Assembly: GCF_004365815.1 (NCBI RefSeq)
Contig: NZ_SODD01000009.1
Span: forward strand, 30,001-62,000
Origin: Breznakia blatticola
Lineage (GTDB): Bacteria > Bacillota_I > Bacilli_A > Erysipelotrichales > Erysipelotrichaceae
Reading direction: 5' to 3'
DNA length: 32,000 nt
In this document: piece after piece, positions 28,082 to 32,000 of the stretch
Position numbering within the stretch: the stretch's first letter is position 1
Layout of the letters: every line of letters begins with the position of its first letter
Notes under the pieces: model-generated
Told to the model about the DNA's origin: nothing
The model's database searches: none
Seen by the model: the letters and a program-made list of their open reading frames with translations, nothing else
Made by a program: the position numbers and the translations under genes

Positions 28082-28108
28082 ATTGTAACACAAAATTTTC
28101 AAAAAATT
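28082..28108 (-). promoter_or_regulatory. Putative serC-serA promoter (extended -10) overlapped by a CodY-box-like palindrome
   Basis: On the minus strand TGtTACAAT (28090-28082). Immediately upstream, AATTTTCAAAAAATT (28094-28108) matches the 15-nt CodY consensus AATTTTCWGAAAATT at 14 of 15 positions. Confidence 0.4.
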
Positions 28109-28192
28109 GAAATTAATGTAATTTTTTTGTAAGAAAATGTAACTTTTATGATTTCGTGTTTTCATTTTGTTACATATTTAACTTTTAGACAA

Positions 28193-28362
28193 TTAAAAAG
28201 GATTCTCTTTTCAATTGTTAGAGAATCCTTTTATCTAGAGTTGCCTTTCATTTTTTGTATCCTGTTCAACTCTTTTTCAGGATAGTTCTTTAATGAGCGA
28301 TATTTGGGATTTTTGTCACCCTCACTCCTCGGGAGACATCTTTCTAGGTATCTCTACCTTGT
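28193..28362 (-). ncRNA. Candidate structured RNA (orphan leader or sRNA) upstream of serC; class unknown
   Basis: The element is bounded by a near-consensus promoter (28369-28397) and an intrinsic terminator (28195-28232). It contains no RBS-preceded ORF and is locally GC-enriched. Several helices are present, one with a G-U pair that is valid only on the minus strand. Confidence 0.4.
28195..28232 (-). terminator. Intrinsic terminator inside the serC upstream gap
   Basis: A 13-bp stem AAAAGGATTCTCT / AGAGAATCCTTTT (28196-28208 / 28220-28232) has an 11-nt loop. The minus strand has the better U-tract (CUUUUUAAUU) than the plus strand (CUUUUAUC). Confidence 0.7.
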
Positions 28363-28368
28363 ACTTGT

Positions 28369-28397
28369 ATTATAAATTAGAATGCGAAATTCGACAA
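28369..28397 (-). promoter_or_regulatory. Near-consensus sigma-A promoter with no adjacent ORF
   Basis: On the minus strand TTGTCG (28397-28392), exactly 17 nt of spacer, and TATAAT (28374-28369). Confidence 0.55.
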
Positions 28398-28444
28398 TGT
28401 CATTCCTACCAGATATAAAACCGATTTTTCCAAATGTAAGGATA

Positions 28445-28453
28445 TGCTATAAT
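28445..28453 (+). promoter_or_regulatory. Putative extended -10 promoter of the PHP phosphatase gene
   Basis: TGcTATAAT (28445-28453) lies 25 nt upstream of ATG 28478. A GAGGGA SD is at 28467-28472. Confidence 0.45.
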
Positions 28454-28477
28454 ATCCAAAAGAAATGAGGGATTTAT

Positions 28478-29263
28478 ATGATTGATGGACACATGCATTT
28501 GGAATTTGGAGAGCTTAGTAAAGCATATGTATACGAATTTATTAATGAAGCAAAAAGAAAAGGGTTTGATACGATTCAAATATTAGATCACACCCATCGC
28601 TTTGTAGAATTCAAACCGATCTATGAAAATTTACGTGTGCATGAAATACAAGATACTTGGCTTCAAGGCAAAACAAAATTCTGTGATAGCGTATTCGATT
28701 TTATTAATTTAATGAAAGAAATCCAACAAGAAGAGACTGAGATTGAAGTACGCTACGGTTTAGAAGTTTGCTATGCTCCAGAGTATGAAGATTTCTTAAG
28801 AGAGGAACTCGCAAAATATGATTTTGATTTTATCGTTGGTGCAATCCATTCTATTGACGGTGTTCTCTATGATATGAGCTTCTCAAAAGAGTTATTGTGG
28901 GATGTATATGAAGTAAATGATATTTATAAACGTTACTATCAACTTGTTATGCAACTTATCGAAAGCGATTTATTTACGCAACTTGCACACCCAGACCAAT
29001 TAAAACTATTTAATCACTACCCTACATATGATTTACAAGAAACCTATGATGCACTTGCGATTGCATTAAACAAACATCACATGAAAGCTGAAAACAATAC
29101 CGGAATTCATTATCGTTATCACCACGAAGATATTGGAGATAATGAACAGTTACTTGAAACATTAAAAAAACATGGAGTAAAGATGATTACTGCAAGTGAT
29201 GCCCATAAACCAAGTGATGTTGGTACAGATATAGATATAATTGAAAGAAAAACGATGAACTAA
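28478..29263 (+). CDS. PHP-domain phosphatase, histidinol-phosphatase HisJ/HisK family
   Basis: The N-terminal metal motif IDGHMHLE, internal DHTH and AIHS motifs and the C-terminal ITASDAHKPSDVG fit this family. The 261 aa length is typical of HisJ-family PHP phosphatases. No other his genes are nearby. Confidence 0.8.
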   Translation: MIDGHMHLEFGELSKAYVYEFINEAKRKGFDTIQILDHTHRFVEFKPIYENLRVHEIQDTWLQGKTKFCDSVFDFINLMKEIQQEETEIEVRYGLEVCYAPEYEDFLREELAKYDFDFIVGAIHSIDGVLYDMSFSKELLWDVYEVNDIYKRYYQLVMQLIESDLFTQLAHPDQLKLFNHYPTYDLQETYDALAIALNKHHMKAENNTGIHYRYHHEDIGDNEQLLETLKKHGVKMITASDAHKPSDVGTDIDIIERKTMN

Positions 29264-29278
29264 ATCATCGTTTTTTTA
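29251..29278. terminator. Bidirectional terminator between the convergent PHP phosphatase and chrA genes
   Basis: Stem AACGATGA / TCATCGTT (29251-29258 / 29265-29272) has the plus-strand stop codon in its loop. It is followed by T7 on the plus strand and preceded by an A-run (GAAAAA, read as UUUUUC on the minus strand). Confidence 0.7.
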
Positions 29279-29839
29279 TATGACATAATACAACGCAAAA
29301 CCAACAACACCGGAAACAACAGTAAGTAATATTGGGTTTACATTCTTTTTAATATGCAGATAACTGCATACAGCAACAACCATCAAGGTAAATATATCTG
29401 GTGCATGTGGGTTCGCAATCAATTGTGAAAGTGTATCTGCACCAAACACAACACCAAGTAGTAATGTAAAACCAGCACTTGCAACTAAACCAACTGCTGC
29501 TGGTTTTACCATATCAAGAAACTGATTCACTTTTGGATTATGGGCAAAGGTGCGTTTGAACTTAATAAATAATGGAACTAAAACAAATGAAGGCACACAA
29601 ACTGCTGCAGTAGCTACTGTTGCACCAGCAAATCCATCCACTAAATATCCAACATAGGTTGCTGCATTAATTGCTATTGGGCCAGGAATCAACATATCAA
29701 GTGCATTTAAATCAGCAAACTGATGAAGTGTTAAACCAAGTTTTAAGGATTCATCAAGTACCATGGATAACATGGCATATCCTCCACCAAAACCCAAAAA
29801 TCCGATTTTTAAAAAGGCAAGTAAGATTTGTATTAACAT
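29276..29839 (-). CDS. chrA: Chromate transporter (CHR) family protein, short single-domain form, second of a pair
   Basis: This 187 aa hydrophobic protein has the N-terminal FLKIGFLGFGGGYAML motif typical of CHR domains. It overlaps the upstream paralogue by 7 nt. Confidence 0.85.
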   Translation of the reverse strand: MLIQILLAFLKIGFLGFGGGYAMLSMVLDESLKLGLTLHQFADLNALDMLIPGPIAINAATYVGYLVDGFAGATVATAAVCVPSFVLVPLFIKFKRTFAHNPKVNQFLDMVKPAAVGLVASAGFTLLLGVVFGADTLSQLIANPHAPDIFTLMVVAVCSYLHIKKNVNPILLTVVSGVVGFALYYVI

Positions 29840-30396
29840 GAACTCTTACCTCCATCCTTTTTTATATAGCTGTAGTATACAATCCCAAATATACCTGCAA
29901 ACAATATAACGTAAGGTGCTTGGAAATTAAAAACCGTAATTACTAGAAAGCTTGTGATCATCATAATCCAGTTAATAATCTTATCTAAACTATGTTGACC
30001 AATCGAAATTGCAGCCGCAAAAATAAATGCAACTGCTGATGCACGAATTCCAACAAATGCCATTTGTAAAGGCCCTTCTTGTGGTATATATTCATAGAGT
30101 ATTGTTGCTAGTAACATAAAAACAAACGCAGGTAATATACTACCTAAAGCAGCAGCAAGCATACCAGGAACACCATTACTTTTTTTACCAAAGAAACATG
30201 CACTATTTAAAGCGATGATTCCTGGAAGTGTTTGTGCCATGATTGCATCTTCTAAAAATTCATCTTTATTCATTAATTTATGTTTATCGACAATTTCCTT
30301 TTGCAGTAAAGGTAACATTGCAAGACCACCTGCAAAAGTAAATGTTCCTGCTATTACAAAGGAACGAAATAATATCCAATTTACATTTTTTTGCAT
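29833..30396 (-). CDS. chrA: Chromate transporter (CHR) family protein, short single-domain form, first of a pair
   Basis: This 187 aa protein carries FTFAGGLAMLPLL, a CHR motif. The paired short-CHR arrangement resembles B. subtilis ywrA/ywrB. An AGGAGG SD overlaps the ygjP-like stop. Confidence 0.85.
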   Translation of the reverse strand: MQKNVNWILFRSFVIAGTFTFAGGLAMLPLLQKEIVDKHKLMNKDEFLEDAIMAQTLPGIIALNSACFFGKKSNGVPGMLAAALGSILPAFVFMLLATILYEYIPQEGPLQMAFVGIRASAVAFIFAAAISIGQHSLDKIINWIMMITSFLVITVFNFQAPYVILFAGIFGIVYYSYIKKDGGKSSC

Positions 30397-30404
30397 ATGA
30401 CCTC

Positions 30405-31103
30405 CTATAAATGTTGTATCAACTTTGTACGCGCCTTATAATCTGGCATATAGTTTTCTACGATTTGGTAGAAATGCTTGCTATGATTTGGTTGTACAAA
30501 GTGTGCAAGTTCGTGTAATACTACATACTCACAAAATGACTTTGGCAAATGTAGTAAGTTTGTATTTAATGTGATTTGGTTAGATCTAGTTGCACAACTT
30601 CCCCATCTAGATTTCATCTTTCGTACTTTTAGTTCTGGAAATGAAAGCCGATAATCATCTAACATATGATCAAATTCATGAATAACTTCAATAAATCTCT
30701 TTTCACACTCTTGACGTATCCATTTATTCAATAGCGTATCACATTCTGCTTTATCATTCACGTAATATGCGTATACTTCACTGCCTAGAAATTGAATGCC
30801 TTTCTTATTGGATTGCACACAAATAATCGTATATTCTTCATCAAAGATATATAACGAACGGTTTTTCTGTATTGAAGTAAAAATTCGTTCAAATATTGCA
30901 TGTTGTTTTTCTTGTTTTGTAAGAATCCAAGACACTCTCTCTTGTAAGAATGCATCAATTTTATTTTGTGGAATATACGGATTCGCACTTACTTTTAAAG
31001 AACCATCTTCTTGAATTCGCATAACCATATTCTTCATTTTCTTTCGCTCTAATTGATAGGTAATTCGATATCCATCAATTAGGATTTGTTTTGTTTCTAT
31101 CAT
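30405..31103 (-). CDS. YgjP-like (DUF45, PF01863-like) zinc metallopeptidase-fold protein
   Basis: The C-terminal HELAHFVQPNHSKHF (HExxH plus a downstream H) is preceded by the SRWGSC motif characteristic of the YgjP family. The protein is 232 aa. Confidence 0.8.
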   Translation of the reverse strand: MIETKQILIDGYRITYQLERKKMKNMVMRIQEDGSLKVSANPYIPQNKIDAFLQERVSWILTKQEKQHAIFERIFTSIQKNRSLYIFDEEYTIICVQSNKKGIQFLGSEVYAYYVNDKAECDTLLNKWIRQECEKRFIEVIHEFDHMLDDYRLSFPELKVRKMKSRWGSCATRSNQITLNTNLLHLPKSFCEYVVLHELAHFVQPNHSKHFYQIVENYMPDYKARTKLIQHL

Positions 31104-31115
31104 ACGCTATAAACA

Positions 31116-31141
31116 TTAACACAAAACTAGATTTGTGTTAA
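31116..31141. repeat. Perfect 10-bp inverted repeat in the 48-nt divergent intergenic region
   Basis: TTAACACAAA (31116-31125), a 6 nt spacer (ACTAGA) and TTTGTGTTAA (31132-31141). It lies just downstream of a TATAAA -10-like hexamer (31108-31113). Confidence 0.85.
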
Positions 31142-31151
31142 GATAATTAAC

Positions 31152-32000
31152 ATGAATAATCCATTTCCATATAGTGAAGATAACAAGCGATATTATACTT
31201 GGAGTCACTATTTAAAAACAAAATATAAAAATAAAGTATTTAAAGTTGCTTTAAATGCAAACTTCACATGCCCTAACCGTGATGGTACATGTGGTGTTGG
31301 AGGTTGTACGTTTTGTAGTAGCTATGGTAGTGGTGATACCATTGAAGATAAATTTGAACCATTAGATGTTCAATATGAGAGTAATCTAAAAATCATGCAA
31401 CACAAATGGCCAAAAGGAAATGCAATTGCCTATTTCCAAGCTTATACCAATACGTATGGTAGTGTGAAGCAAGTCAGTGAAATGTTAAAGCCTTTTCTAT
31501 TCAAAGATGAAATTGTAGCGATTTCTTTAGCTACTAGAGCAGATTGTTTAAGTGATGAAATGATTGAATACTTAGATTTTGTAAGTAGAAAGAAAGACAT
31601 TTGGATCGAACTTGGTCTACAAACAACAAATGATAAAATCGCAAAATCATTAAATCGTGGTCACGATTATCAGTGTTTTCTTGAAACAGTAGAAAGATTA
31701 TCGAAAACAAATCTTAAGATTTGTGTACATTTAATGAATTCATTACCTGGTGAAAGTAAAGAAGATATGATTCAAAATGCTTATAAGGTTGGTCAACTTC
31801 CTATTCATGCAATCAAAATCCATATGTTATACATACTAAAAGATACAGTACTTGGTAAATCGTATCTTCAACACCCATTTCCAATGCTAGATAAAGATGA
31901 TTATATTGATGTCGTGGTATCTCAATTGGAGGTATTACCTAAACATATTATCATTCAACGCTTAACTGGAGATGGAATGCGTGGTGAACAAATTGGTTCT
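31152..32000 (+). CDS. TIGR01212-family radical SAM protein (YtqA/YhcC-like), N-terminal 283 codons; continues beyond the right edge
   Basis: Translation from ATG 31152 is open to the window end: MNNPFPYSEDNKRYYTWSHYLKTKYKNKVFKVALNANFTCPNRDGTCGVGGCTFCS... This shows the CPNRDG...CxxC variant radical SAM cluster motif of this family. An in-frame TAG at 31128 fixes the start. Confidence 0.85.
   Translation, partial: MNNPFPYSEDNKRYYTWSHYLKTKYKNKVFKVALNANFTCPNRDGTCGVGGCTFCSSYGSGDTIEDKFEPLDVQYESNLKIMQHKWPKGNAIAYFQAYTNTYGSVKQVSEMLKPFLFKDEIVAISLATRADCLSDEMIEYLDFVSRKKDIWIELGLQTTNDKIAKSLNRGHDYQCFLETVERLSKTNLKICVHLMNSLPGESKEDMIQNAYKVGQLPIHAIKIHMLYILKDTVLGKSYLQHPFPMLDKDDYIDVVVSQLEVLPKHIIIQRLTGDGMRGEQIGS

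Noticed and set aside
28148-28285. 45-codon plus-strand ORF (MISCFHFVTYLTFRQLKRILFSIVRESFYLELPFIFCILFNSFSG) spanning the terminator hairpin.
   Set aside because: It has no Shine-Dalgarno, reads straight through a 13-bp terminator stem, and its hydrophobic composition is as expected from T-rich non-coding DNA.
28193-28362. Considered whether the candidate RNA is 6S RNA, a T-box, or a glycine, ykkC-type, ZTP or other known riboswitch.
   Set aside because: There is no 5'/3' end pairing or central bubble as in 6S RNA, although the length is similar. There is no GGUGGUACCGCG T-box sequence and no ACCGAAGGGGCAA-type glycine core. The resemblance to ykkC (CUAG..., CCGAGGAG, GGG-A-rich-CCC) is only vague. 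It is left as unknown class pending a covariance-model scan.
28293-28418. 41-codon plus-strand ORF (MSDIWDFCHPHSSGDIFLGISTLYLYYKLECEIRQCHSYQI) in the serC upstream gap, with several Cys and His residues.
   Set aside because: It has only a weak AGGA 10 nt upstream. Its codon choice (CCT CAC TCC TCG GGA GAC) is atypical for this AT-rich genome. It runs antisense through the promoter and helices that are better explained as a minus-strand RNA. It could be revisited if conserved as a peptide in relatives.
1-32000. Searched for mobile elements, CRISPR arrays, prophage or defence-system genes, and tRNA or rRNA genes.
   Set aside because: I found no direct-repeat/spacer arrays, no transposase, integrase or recombinase-like ORFs, no long terminal inverted repeats and no cloverleaf-like or rRNA-like segments. 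Every long ORF has a plausible housekeeping assignment. The generic hint of a novel system is not supported by any multi-gene accessory cassette here.

Overview
AT-rich Bacillota (Firmicutes)-type chromosomal core region. I call 31 protein-coding genes, 27 of them on the minus strand, packed into tight and often overlapping operons. From left to right: S1-domain protein (partial); NifU-like protein; ktrB-ktrA potassium uptake; rubrerythrin; pfkA-pyk glycolysis; the Bacillus-like replication/repair cluster polA-mutM-coaE-dnaB-dnaI; a divergent pair of membrane-anchored extracytoplasmic enzymes (VanY/M15B-like and metallophosphoesterase); a Leu T-box leader followed by leuS-leuA-leuC-leuD-leuB and a membrane protein; a lipoprotein; lysR-nfnA-nfnB; serC-serA; a PHP-family histidinol-phosphatase-like gene; ygjP(DUF45)-chrA-chrA; and a partial TIGR01212-type radical SAM gene. 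Rubrerythrin and NfnAB suggest an anaerobe, possibly Erysipelotrichia-like, but I cannot name the species. I found no rRNA or tRNA genes, CRISPR arrays, IS elements, prophage genes or recognisable defence systems, so this reads as housekeeping DNA rather than an accessory island. Four observations deserve a second look. First, a single Leu (CUC) T-box appears to control both leuS and the leucine biosynthesis genes as one unit. Second, the long serC-upstream gap holds an orphan promoter, a structured stretch of about 170 nt and a terminator, which could be a leader or an sRNA. Third, the VanY/M15B homologue has all three zinc ligands and the catalytic Glu substituted, making it a probable pseudoenzyme. 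Fourth, there are several smaller regulatory oddities: a possibly leaderless ktrB, a CodY-like box at serC, and a perfect palindrome in a 48-nt divergent gap. All family assignments come from reading the translations and from remembered motifs. No database search or folding program was run.
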